Under the pieces are notes generated by a model that saw only the letters and a list, made by a program, of their open reading frames with translations, ran no database searches and was not told the origin of the DNA. A program made the translations under genes and the position numbers. Positions 1 to 25,289 of a DNA stretch of 64,000 nt are shown here, piece by piece (the stretch's first letter is position 1; every line of letters starts with the position of its first letter). The stretch is taken from NCBI RefSeq assembly GCF_009914755.1, contig NC_060943.1. One strand, given 5' to 3'. The DNA is from the human T2T-CHM13v2.0 reference genome, Homo sapiens.

Positions 1-224
1 TGAATGGACGCCTGGGTTGCTTCCGCCTTCCGGCCACTGTGAATCTTACTGCTGTCAACATTGTTATACAAATATCTCTGTTCGAGTCCCTGCTTTCAAT
101 TCTTCTGAATATACACCCAGACGTGGAATTGCTGGCTTCCGTGGTAATTTTGTGTTTCGTTTCTGGAGGAACTGTCAAACTGTTTTCTGCAGCAGCCGTA
201 CCATTTTACATTCCTACTACAAAC

Positions 225-325
225 TTTTTTCTTTCTTTCTTCCTTCCTTCCTTCCTTCCTTCCTTCCTTCCTTCCTTCCTTCCTTTCTTTCTTTCTTTCT
301 TTTCTTTTCTTTTCTTTCTTTTCTT
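225..325. repeat. (TTCC)~11/(TTTC)n microsatellite after an L1 remnant
   Basis: Direct reading. Confidence 0.95.
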
Positions 326-805
326 AATGCTGGAAACTGTTGTCAGCTCTGCCTGGTACCCCCAGGGTTCCAGGGGGCTTTTTGGACCTGGGGTGGGTTC
401 CCTCGGATTCCCTACCCCCTCCCCACCACACAGCCCAGCTGGCGGGAGCGACCAGCAGGTGGCCACTTTAATTAGCTCCTGCCTGGAGAAGTGGACACCG
501 TGGAGCTCCGTACAGCGTGTCCCTGGGAGACCAGGGACCATAGGGGGCGGGGTTTGAGGGGGAACCGAGGGTTTGACAACATCGGAGCAGCCCACGATGG
601 TCTCATTTCACAGGTCCCCAGACAGGACCACTCAGTCCCCTGTATCCATCCCAGGACCCCTGACCTCCTGTGTGCAATCCCTACCCCACCTTGGGGAAAC
701 GTCTTTCAAAATACTTTTGATCTAATTAGGCTTTCAGGGCGAGGGCGGGTTCTCTTGACTTGCTTGTCTCCTGTCTCTGTCTCTGTCAACGTCTCTGGTC
801 TCCCA

Positions 806-1090
806 CCCCTAACGTCGCCCAATCACAGCCTCACTCTGGGCCACCAGAGGGCTGGCCCCGCCCCTCGCTTCCCACCCTCCGATCCCTAATGTTGCCCAAT
901 CACAGCCTCACTCTGGGCCACTCTATGGGCTGGCCCCGCCCCTTGCCTCCCATCCCTAATGTCATCCAATCCCAGCCTCACTCTGGGCCACTCCGGGGCT
1001 GGCCCCGCCCCTCACCTCTCCTGATTGGTCCTGATTTCTGCCACCATGCCACACCCTCTCAAGCTCCACCCCCATCCATTGGCTGGTCCA
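806..1090 (+). promoter_or_regulatory. Three tandem 70-77 bp units, each with a CCAAT box and a GC box, plus two reverse CCAAT
   Basis: CCAAT at 819, 896, 966; CCCCGCCCC at about 856, 934, 1003; ATTGG at 1024 and 1078. Confidence 0.55.
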
Positions 1091-1509
1091 ACTTGTGGTC
1101 CTCTCAGACCATCCCCTCTCCCTCTGATAGGGGAAGGTGAGGCCCAGAGAGGGGGAGCGCATGATCCAAGGCTACACTGCTGGTCAGTGGCAGAGCCCAC
1201 TGCTCCCTATCCCAGGGCCAGGCCTTCTTCCATCTTTCTGGGACCACTAGTGCCCTCCCCATCCTCCCCGCTGGGCAGCCCCTCTGCCCACTCCCCTCAC
1301 CCCACCTTGTCCAGGGCTCTCAGCATCTCTTTTCTGAGCTCAGCCACTGACTTTGTTAATGGCTGGACCTCCTCTCCCTCTTCCTGGTCTCACCCTTTGC
1401 GGGGGTGTATGTGTGTGCAGGGGTGGAAGGGGTGGAAAACACTGAGCCACTTCGACTGTCCCCTCCCAAAACATGGTGGCTTCAGCATCCTCTTCTCTTT
1501 TTATTTTTT

Positions 1510-2320
<811 letters not shown>

Positions 2321-2352
2321 TCTCTTAACACCCCCGTTTCTCTCCCTTCCAG

Positions 2353-2435
2353 GCTGTGCCTTCCTCACCTACTGTGCCAGGGATTCCGCCATCAAAGCTC
2401 AGACTGCCCTGCACGAGCAGAAGACCTTGCCCGGA
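2353..2435 (+). CDS. CELF5: CELF5 exon 2 (83 nt): C-terminal half of RRM1, [28 protein letters not shown]
   Basis: Branch-like cttaac, pyrimidine tract and ccag| acceptor; GGA|gtgagt donor; RNP1-type GCAFLTY motif of CELF3-6 proteins; phase 1 to 0. Confidence 0.97.
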
Positions 2436-3008
2436 GTGAGTCCTGTGTGGTGTCTGGGGAGGAGGGGACAGGGGATGGCTCTCAGCCTGGGGTGGGAGCC
2501 AAGGCTCTTCCTGAGATTGGCTGTGAATTCTGTGTGTCTCGGGACTCAGAAAGAGGTATGAGGAGCAGAGGTATAGAAATCATCATAAGAGTGTGTATTT
2601 ATTGAGTGCCTACTGTGTGCCGTGCTCTATATTTCATACCAGAGTGGTTGTGTGTGGTTGTGCAGGTTGTATACTGCACAAGGGCACCTGGCCCAGTGTG
2701 TCGTTGTCTTTGGGTTGAGACCTGAAGGATAAGGAAGCATTAGCAGGCAGAGGGCACAGCATGTGCCAAGGCCCGGGGGAGGACCATGCCTGACGTGTTG
2801 GAGGAACAGGGAGGAGGCCCGTGTGGCTGGAACAGAGTGAGGAGGTGGAGAAAGAAAGGCGGGAAGGGCAGGGGAGGTGACAGGGCTGGTTGCTGAAGGC
2901 TGTGTGGACCATGGGGAGAAGCATAGACCATGCTTGCTTCTCACTATAAAAAGGAAAATGATTTTCCTCGCTTGTCTTTATGGTGCAAACGGAGCCACAG
3001 TTCCTTAA

Positions 3009-3700
<692 letters not shown>

Positions 3701-4584
3701 ATGAGTCTCTCCTGGTCAGCTTTGTCCTCTTTGGGTGGGCAGGAGGCCCCTGCCCCCAGTGAAGGATGAGTGGTCTCCCTGAGCCAGTCAATCCGGGTCC
3801 CCAGGCCATGCCTCTTGATGGAGACTGAAGGAACCACAGTGAGCCACGGCGCCCCACCTTGTGAGCTCTGGGGCAGGGAGCTCACCCTTCCCTCCGGAAT
3901 TCTCAGGGACCTTTCAGCCTCCAGGGACATCAGGGCATTCGTAGCCTTCGTGCTTGGCTGACTGTAGGAAATCTGACGTGCGCCTTCCAGGGACCCGAGG
4001 TCATGGCATGAGTTTGACTTGATTCTCCATGAGCATTGGAAGGTTCTGGGCCTGGGGGTGGCCTCTGCTTGGTCTTGAAGAATAGAGAGCCCCTCTTTTG
4101 GGTGTGATGTGATGCAAGTTAGAGTGTGGGGTCTGGCAGCCACATCTGTGGGCTCGTTGCTCAGCTCCATCCTTGCTGTGTGACAGTAAGCCAGTGACTT
4201 AACCTCTCTGATCTTCAGCACTGGAAGAAAATAACAGGGCAGCGTGGGCTAGCAATCTATAGAGAAGGTGCTCAATGGAGGGCTTCACTGAGGATGTGAC
4301 ATTTGAGAAAAAACCTGAAAGATGGCATGGAAGGGCACTCCAGGCAGAAGGAACAGCATGTGCAAAAGTGATCTAGAGTCTGCGGTAAATTCCCTGAATT
4401 CACTGTTCATCTTGGACCTTCTGCTGGTGCCTACCCAAACCAACCAGAAGCTAAAAAAGTACATTAAAAAAAAAAGAAAGAAAGAAATCCCACAACCGAA
4501 CAAAAAATCAAACCAACCAGAAGCTGGAGGGCAGGTCAGTCCATACAGATTAGTGCCCAGGGGCACAGCAGAGTTCTAGGGACC

Positions 4585-4965
4585 ATATTAGTTATTTATT
4601 GCTGCATAACAAATTATCCCCAAAATAAAGACTTCAAACAATAAGCACTTGTTATTTCACAGCTACCAGGGGTCAGGAATTTGGGACTGAGTTTGCTGCA
4701 TGATCCTGGCTCAGGGAGGTTACAGTCAAGATATCAGCAGGAGTTTGTGGTTGAGGAATCTGCTTCCAAGCTGGCTCCCTCTAGTGACTGTTCAGGAGGC
4801 CTCAGTTTCTCACCACGTGGGCTTCTCCACAGTGCTGCTTGAGCTTCCTTACAACATGGCATCTTCCCCCAGCACACATAACCAAAGAGTGATCAAGGAG
4901 GAAGCCACAGTCCCCTTTAAGCCCTAGCCTCGGAATTACACACCATCATTTCCACCACATTCTAG
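4585..4965. mobile_element. MaLR (MLT1-like) LTR remnant; similar remnants at about 9790-9960, 24500-24950 and 54080-54430
   Basis: ttattgctgcataacaaattatcccc...ttccaccacattcta pattern typical of MLT1; subfamily not assigned. Confidence 0.6.
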
Positions 4966-5619
4966 CACCAGAAGCCCAGGGGTGCAGAGCAGGGTGGGCA
5001 AAGGTGGAGGGAGGAACTCAAGGAACAAACCAGCTCAATACTGGACTTGTCCAAGGTTAGGCAGCCTGCAAGCTGCAGAGTGGGGATTTGGACCTTCATA
5101 GTCTGACTCCAGACCCTGTGCTGTTGCCTAATTCATCTAAGTTTAGTGAACCATGTTTTTGCTTGGCATCAGGTCCTGGGTGGAAGCTCTGGTCCCTCTG
5201 TCCAGAGAAATCTGTACATAGATGGAGATTTACCAACACTTCTAAGGAGTCCTCCCAGCTAAGCACTTCTCCCCCATTCCTTTGTCCTCATTTTCCTGAT
5301 GAAGGTAACTGAGACACAAACCCAGTCTCTATTCCACTGTCTGAGGCCTTAGGGACCTTGGAACTGGTTCTTTTCCTGTTGGGGGCCAAAACTGAGCTCT
5401 GCACTCTGTTGGCAGCCAGGAGGGAAGATGGAAGAGGGTGGAAGGACCAAGAGCCACGAAACCTCATGCCCTTCTTGCCAGGCTGGTGTGCTGGATCTGA
5501 GTCCACTTTGAGATGAAGAGATGCCGCAATCACCAGCAGCTCCTTCTCTGCATCCATCTTGAGGGGACTCTGTCCTTCTCTCCATGCCTACTCTCCCTGG
5601 GTCAGCCCATAAATTCATA

Positions 5620-6400
5620 GCTTCCATCCATCCATGCACCCTTCCATCTACCCATCACCCATCTGCCCATGTGTCTACATGCCTGCCTACCTGTCACCCA
5701 TCTACCTGCCTAGCCATTCATTCATTCATCCATCTACTCATCCACCTACCCACCCACACATCCATCATCCACCCATCCTCTCATCCAGCCACACATCCAT
5801 CCATCTACACATCCATCCATCCATCCATCTATCCATCCACCCACCCATCTATCCATCCATCCACTGATTTACCCTTTCATCCATCCATTCACACACTGAT
5901 CCATTTTTCTATCCATTCATCCACCCATCTACCCATCAATTCATCCATCCATCCATCCATCCATGCATTCATTCACCCATCTACTCATTACCTACCCACC
6001 CACCCACACAACTATTATGCATCCCTCCATTCTCCCATCCAGCCACACACCCATCCATTCACCCACACATCCATCCATCTACCATTCATCCATTGAGTCA
6101 CTCACTCATCTATCCACCCACTCATCTATCCATCCATCTGTTCACCCATTTGCCCTTTTATCCATCCATCCATCCACCCATCCATCCATCCATTCATCCA
6201 TCCATCTATCCATTACTCATCCACCCACTTGTCTATCCATTCATCTGTCCATCCATCTACCCTTCCATCCATCCATTCATTCATCACTCACTCTTCCACC
6301 CATCCATCTATTAATTCATGTATACATCCATCCACCTATCTATCCTCCCATCCACCCACACATCCATTCACCCATCTACACTTCTTTCCATCCATCTACC
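5620..6400. repeat. Degenerate (CCAT)n/(TCCA)n simple repeat, about 780 bp
   Basis: Direct reading. Confidence 0.95.
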
Positions 6401-6519
6401 AAATTTTTATCAAGCACCTACTATTTACCCCACGCTATGCTAAACTCCCATCATCAGTTCTGTGGCTGGTCACCTCCTGAGTGACTCCTGTGGCCGTCCC
6501 CCAGTCCCCATCCCCCTAG

Positions 6520-10278
<3,759 letters not shown>

Positions 10279-10614
10279 GGATTTATCTTTTGGGGAGCCA
10301 CCATCTAACTCACTCCAGGGGTGACCACAGAACCAATGACCAAATGTCAGGGTGACCCAGGGACAGCACCCTGAGGGAGAAGCAGGCAGCCTGCGTGGAC
10401 GATTTAGTGAAGGGTGGACAGGGTGGCTTCTTGAAGGAGGGAATGTTTGGGATGAGTCGAGAGATGGAAGGATTTTCACAGATGGAGGTGGAGATGGGGG
10501 TGAGTGGGGACAAAACTTACCAAGATTTGGAGGCCAGAACATGCCCAGTGTGCTGTTGAGTGGCAGCTCATGGGAGCCTCTGTCAGCTAATGAAGGGGGT
10601 CAGGTTAGGTAAGG

Positions 10615-11275
10615 AGGGGTCTCAACCAGGGTGATCCTGCCCCCGCCCCAGGACACTGGCTGCTGTCTGTGGACATTTGTGGTTGTCACGACTTGGGGAG
10701 GAGATGCACCTGGCATGGAGTAGGTGGAGGCCAGGGACGCTACTCAGCACCCTGCAGTGCCCAGGACGGCCCCACCCCAGAAAGCAATTCAACCCCAATG
10801 TCCACAGTGCCCGGGGGAGAGATCCTGTGTTCATTACTTTGGGGAAAAAGTTGAATCCTCTCCCTGCTCACATCAGACACCAGAATAAGCTCCCGATGGG
10901 GTAGACAGTAGAAACCAGGAGGACCCCAGCTCCTGGGACTCACCTCCTGTCTCCCTCCCCACTCAGGGTGCGGATTTTAATGTGTGCAGCCTCCTGGGAC
11001 CTCAGCAGGGAAGCGGGTCATGGGACATAGTCTCTTGGGGGTCTGTGGAATCCCCTAACCTGGGGAGGGGGTCTCAATCAGGGGTGATCCAGCCCCCAGG
11101 AGACACTGAGCAATGTCTGGGAACATTTATGGTTGTCACGACGTGGGGGTGCTGCTGGCATGGAGTGGGTGGAGGCCAGGGACGCTACTCAGCACCCTGC
11201 AGTGCCCAGGATGGCCCGACTCCAGAGAACGATCCGGCCCCAATGTCCACAGTGCCCGGGTGGGAGAGACCTTGC
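10615..11275 (+). mobile_element. Two MER20 (hAT-Charlie) copies at about 10615-10825 and 11065-11275
   Basis: tctcaacc..ggacatttgtggttgtcacgact..gaggccagggacgct..aatgtccacagtgcc matches the MER20 layout. Confidence 0.8.
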
Positions 11276-11429
11276 CTAGGAAGATAAGGAGCAAGTAATG
11301 TTCTGGAAGAGTGTTATCTAATAGAAAGAGAATGTGAGCCACATATATAATTTAACATGTTCCAGGAGCAATATTTAAAAAGTAAAAAAGAAACAGGTGA
11401 CATTAATTTTAATAATATATTTCATTTGA

Positions 11430-16381
<4,952 letters not shown>

Positions 16382-16397
16382 TGTTTTACTTAATTTA

Positions 16398-16556
<159 letters not shown>

Positions 16557-16656
16557 CTAGCCAGGTGTGGTGGCTTGTGCCTGGCGTCCTAGCTATTGAG
16601 GAGGCTGAGGTGGGAGGAGCATTTGAGCCCAGGAGATTGAGGATGCAGTGAGCTAT

Positions 16657-17737
<1,081 letters not shown>

Positions 17738-19353
17738 CTATGATCGCACCACTGCACTGCAGCCTGGGTGACAGAGTGAGACCCAGTACAAACAAAAAAA
17801 AAAAAAGAAGAAGAAGAGGAAAGAAAGAATCACGTGTGTTGCTGTGTGTATCAGCGTCTTGGGCGTTTTCACTGCTGTCTAGTATTCCAGGATGCAAATA
17901 CGTCATTTACTCATCCATTCCCCTGTTGGGGGACACTTGGGTTGTTTCACATGTCTGTTGAGACAAATAGAGATCCTCAAGGGTGTTCTTTGGTGGACAC
18001 ACGTCACACTTCTCTCAAGTGTATCCCCAGGATCATCAGCCTCTGTGGCTAACACCCACCTGCTTGGCAAAGGTGAGACCTGTGGCGTGTGCCACCTTTT
18101 CCCAGGAATGCCTGCAGAAATGGAGCCAGCCTTTTGGAGTGAGAATGGGAGGCTGGTGAGGGGCGGATGGGGGCTGCTGGGGAGGAAGACCCCCCGGCCT
18201 GCCAGCCACGTCTGAGCACGCTCGCTCATCTGAGCTCCTGCTGACAGCTCCTCTGCAGGGAGCTGAAGCACGAGGTTCGCCCTGTGCTGGAAAAGCCCAC
18301 CCAGGCGGCTCACGTGCCTGCACACGCCCGCACGAGCACAGCCTGGGAGTCGGGGAGGAGCTGGGTCACGTGAGACACCGAGACAGCCACCATCTCTCCT
18401 GTGCCCTGCTTCCCCCACCCAAGAAAACACCTCTGTGTGTGCGTGTGCGTGTGTGCATGTGTGTGTGTGCGTGTGCGTGTGTGTTGGGGGACAGTACGAG
18501 TGGACCCTTCTGTCTCTTTATAAGCCAGGAGGGGAGTGATCCAGGTCATTTGCTTGACTTTCCACTTCTACCCCCTCATCCTGGCACAGGGGAGCCCCCC
18601 CCACCAACCGCCCGGCCCAATACTGCTGCTTTCTGAAGAGAGGGCAACCCCCCGTTTCTGGTTCCCACACAAGTGTGACAGCAGTGTCCATGGGGGACGT
18701 AGTTTAATCAACTCTCAGCATTCTGGAATAGGATCCGAAATTGAATAACAGAATCCCAGAATAGATCCTGGAATGGACCGTGGGACCCTGGAATTGAGGC
18801 TCAGATTCCAGGGGAAGCTGCTGGCTGGGCCGTCACAGCCCCGGACACCACTTCCCATCCCCAAAGCCAGAGCCTGGGGTTCCTGGAGACAGAGAGCCCC
18901 CCAACACTGGGACAGTGCGGGGAGGGGCAGAGGGTCCAGCTTCTGTCCCTTGGCCAGTGAGGGAGGGGCCAGGACCTTTGGGACTTTGCTGTCTCTTTCT
19001 TTACAAGAGTCTTGGGGGCTGAGGTACATCCCAGCACCCTCAGCCACCCTGCTGCTCATCTGATTGCCCTGGAAAAAGATGAATTTGTGTGTCTGCGTGT
19101 CCTTCCCTGCTCAGACGTGGCAGCTGCCTTGAGTAATGCTGCCCTCCTGAAACCCCTCTCTGTGCACACAGGGGTCACAGAGGTGGTCCCCTGGCAGGAC
19201 CCCTACCTCCCCTGCTTACCTCCATGCTGCAGGACTTGGCCCAGAGTGAAACCAAACCTGAGAATGGGCAAGGGGCCTTAAGACGCCCAGTGTGACAGTT
19301 TCACCTCCCCAGACCTCAGTTTTGTCATCTATAAAATGGGGCCCTAGAAGTAG

Positions 19354-21255
<1,902 letters not shown>

Positions 21256-21839
21256 ACCTCTCCCTTCTTTCTGGTCTTGGTTTGCCCATCTGTAAAATGG
21301 AAATGCATGTTTTCATCTCATTAAGTTGTCTTAAGACTAAACGGGTCAGCAGATGTGGGTGTTGCTCCAACATGAAAAATTGTTTCCAATCGTTCCAAAC
21401 TCCGACTCCTACTCCAAAATTCACAGTGAATTTTCCATCTTCAGTGCAGGCCCAGGACAGCCTTTGGCTCTTCACTCTCCTCTACCCTCAGCTCTCCCAG
21501 CTCCAACCCTGACCCCATGGGAGAGTTTGTGTCTGGCTCTGTCTCCCGCTCCGCCAGGCTGGTGAAGGGTCCTTCCTGGAGTTCCAAAATTGAACTCAGC
21601 CTTGGGGGCCCCAGAACCAGAGAGTCATGGGGCACAGCAGGAATACTGCTGAAGAAACGGAGAGGAAGGGAAGGGTCAGGGAAGGGACGCAGCCATGGGG
21701 AGCCAGAGAAGGTGGAGGAGGGAGGGAGTGCACTCGGCAGAGACCTCGGTGGGACAGATGGAGAGAGGGAGCCGGGAGGAGGTGGGCAGAGCCAGATGGA
21801 CGGGCAGGGGCGACAGGAGGGGTGGGGTGTGGGGAGACC

Positions 21840-22350
21840 CAGATCCCCGCCTGGCACGCCTCCTCCCGGCTCGGGCGGGCAGCGCGGGCAGGGCCCGCCT
21901 GGGCGTCGGGCGCAGGGCGCGCGGCGCGGGGCCCGAGCGTGCAGTGCGGCGGGTGCGCGCCTGTGCGCCCGGGGCGGCCGGGCGGGCGGGCGGCGGCACG
22001 TGGATGCCAGCCTGGCGCGCGTCTCCAGGCCGGTGGGTAAGGCGGGCGCCGGGCCGCGGGGTGGGGACGGCCGGGCCGCGGAGCTCGGCTTTAGAGTGGA
22101 GGCCTGGAGAGGAGGGGGCTACCCAACTGGCTTCACTGGACCAGACCAGGACCCCCTCTCCCCGGCCGACCCTCTCCCCGAGCTGACCCAGCGGTGGGGG
22201 GAAGGGACCTCCCAGTAGGAGGCGGAAGGTCCCAGGCTCTGTGGCGGGTGGGGAGATGGGGAGCAGGTACACCAGCCCCCCAACCCCAGAACAAGGTGGG
22301 GGTGGAGGGTTCGGTGATGGGGGCAGCTTCTCTCCCCGCGGCCGCCCCTC
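21840..22350 (+). promoter_or_regulatory. Intragenic CpG island in intron 2, candidate alternative promoter
   Basis: Very high CpG/GC density, GC boxes, CACGTG at 21997-22002, donor-like sites at 22033 and 22037. Confidence 0.7.
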
Positions 22351-22435
22351 CCTCCCTCCCTCGTCCATCTCCAGAAGATTATATTTAAATATCTCTTTTG
22401 TGCAAGGCAGGAGCTGGGCTCGCCCCTAAGAGGCG

Positions 22436-22495
22436 GTTTCCATGGCAACAACAATTGCCAGCTTCCGTGTGGTGAATCAGCGTTGCCATGGCAAC
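22436..22495. promoter_or_regulatory. Paired RFX X-boxes
   Basis: GTTTCCATGGCAAC at 22436-22449 and the perfect palindrome GTTGCCATGGCAAC at 22482-22495. Confidence 0.75.
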
Positions 22496-23451
22496 CCCAT
22501 CCTCATCTGCCCAAGGTGCTGGGAGGGGGGAGGAGGTGAGGGCCAACGGAGGTGGGGTGGGAGGGGTGGGGGGAGCAGGAGTCTGGAGCTCCTGCAGGTG
22601 CCCCCCCATCTCTCCCCACCTCCCCTGGCACCCCCCCGCTTCCAGCCCAGAAGCTGGTCCCATCTGGTTGAAACCATCTCCCCTCCTGCCTCCAGCCTAG
22701 CAGGGTGTGGTACCCAGGTGGAAAGGGCCCCGGTGTGTATGCATGGGTGATGTGGGGTGGGAAAGGGGTCCAGCTGGCTGGGTGGGGGAAGAGCATGGAG
22801 GTTTTCCTCTCCTAGGTGATCAGGGTCCCTCTGAGGGTGCGGCTGGGCGGCAGGAAGGTTGGGCTGGGAGGATTGGGGGCACAGGATCAGGGAGGCAGGG
22901 GCCTCTTGGTTTCTGGGGCCCCAAAGACTGAGTTCAAATTGAGGAAAGCATATGTGCCCGGGACATACACTCAGGAAGGAGGGTGTCAGAATGGGAGAGG
23001 GTCTTAGAGAGGGGAGGGGACCCAGAGATGAGGAAGGGCCTCTGAAGCAGGAGAGGCTCAGCGAGAGGAGGGAAGCTGAGGGGGTGGGAGGTGGAAATCC
23101 AGAGGGGTCTCTGAGGAGGGGAGTGCAAAATAAGGGGTTGCTGAGGGTGGAAGAGTGGGCGCGGAGCTGGAACGGGTCTTAGAGAAGGTGTCAGATCACG
23201 AGGGACAGAGCTCAGTGGGGAGACTTTGGGGGTCCCAAAATGGGGAGGAGGCCTTATTTATGGCAGTGGGTGGACAGATCACTGAATCTGGAGTCCAGAA
23301 ACTCTTCACTCACCACGGCCTTACACAAATAACTTCTCTCTTAGACAAATAACAGAAATCTCAATGTTGACATCTGTAGAAAGGGGTGAAAATTGCACCT
23401 CTCTCTGAAGCTTGTTGGGCAGCTATGCTGTGATTAGAAAACCTGGCATTT

Positions 23452-23784
<333 letters not shown>

Positions 23785-25237
23785 TCAAGCGTATTCTCTG
23801 CTGAAACTCAAAAGTCAGAAGATCAGAAAGAGCACTTTGGAACCCATAGGACTCAGGGGATGTGGGAATCTATTTCAAGTTTGTCTGACTTGGAAAAAGG
23901 TCTGAGAGTAGCACTCATTCCCATTCCAGACGCCTTTCTGTGTTGGTGGAAGTTGGCCACTTCCTTCTGGCCCATTCTGTTCAGCAGGTTTCTCCAATTC
24001 CTCCATGTGTCCTTCCCCATGTGGGGAGATGCCGTGGTTCCCTGTCTGGAGAGAGACAGAGCAAGACATAGACACTTACAGCCTGAGGGAGGGGGAGGAA
24101 GGAGCCCAGAAGAGTGGGAAGAGTCCCTGCATGGGGGCTTTTAAGTTGGGTTTTGAAGGTTGAGTGGGAGTTTGCCACAGACATCAGGTTGGGAGAAGGA
24201 TTGTGTCCCAGGACCAGTGGAGATGCAAATGCCTCCCCAACTCTCACATCCCTGGAGCCTGTTCTCAACGATCCAAAATAGCTCATACCTAGGACTTGGT
24301 ATGTTGTGAGAGTTGGTGCCAGTGAGAATTTTTTTTTCATTAAATATCATTTTCAATGCCTGGGGTGGGGGACAAAAGTGTCTAGAACAATGAATCCAGA
24401 TGGCAGGCTGGTCCACTCAGGTATGTCCCCACCCAAAGCTCCTGGCATGACTCCACCCAAAGCTCCTGGGAGATGTGGCTAAATGTAGCTACTTTGGTGT
24501 ATCAGTCAGCACTGCTGAGTAACAAACTACTCCAGTCATTGTATTTGTTCTCGATTCTGCAAAGCTTGGTCTGGGCTCAGCTGGACGGCTCTTCTGTTGG
24601 GCTCTCCTGGGGTCGCTCAAGCAGCTGCAGTCAGCTGAGACTTGACTGGGCTTAGCTGGGTCAGGGTGGCCTCACTCCCCTGAGGTGGCTGTCAGAGAGG
24701 CCTCTGTCTCCATGAGGCCCCTCCTCCTCCCCTACTGAGGAGGAGGGGCCTCCTCCTGGGCCTATCCACCTGGCAGTCTCAGAGTTCCAAGAGTGGAAGC
24801 CACAAGGTCTCTTGAGGCTTAGGCTCAGAACTCCCGCAACTTAACTTCCACCACATTCTATGGGTCACAGCAAGTCACTTGGCCAAGTTCAGGTGCCAGG
24901 AGTGGGAAAATAGACTCTAGTTCTTGATGGTAGGAACTGCAAAGTCACATCGCATAAAGGGACTGGAGGAATTGGGCCTATCACATTTGGGGAAGCAAGG
25001 AGGCTTCCTGGAGGAAGGGATATTGTTGGGTTTTGAGAGCTAAGAGTTCGCCACACAGTTTCCGCTGTAGGTGGGACAGTGTGTAATTTCTTTGACTGGG
25101 GTGTTAGTTGGGTGGTGGGGTGCTGAGGGCTGGTGGTGGGAGGTGGGCAGGGCTGGCCTGCAGAGCTCAGGCAAAACCCCCCGCCCGCCACACCCCCACT
25201 GCTAAGCTTGACTTTTCCCTTCCCCCTCTCTCTGCAG

Positions 25238-25289
25238 ATGGCGCGGCCAATCCAGGTGAAGCCTGCGGACAGTGAAAGCCGCGGAGGTA
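25238..25289 (+). CDS. CELF5: CELF5 exon 3 (52 nt, or 49 nt if the upstream tandem donor after 25286 is used): MARPIQVKPADSESRG(G)
   Basis: tctctctgcag|ATG acceptor; CELF RRM1-RRM2 linker; donor region GGAG|GTA|GTTGTC. The 52-nt form gives 485 aa if exon 1 supplies 259 coding nt (recalled, not verifiable here). Confidence 0.9.

Noticed and set aside
806-1011. Regularly spaced repeats (also 32840-33400) as CRISPR-like arrays
   Set aside because: Eukaryotic intron, degenerate tandem units without unique spacers, no cas genes
5584-6484. His/Pro/Ser/Ile-rich ORFs
   Set aside because: Product of the (CCAT)n repeat
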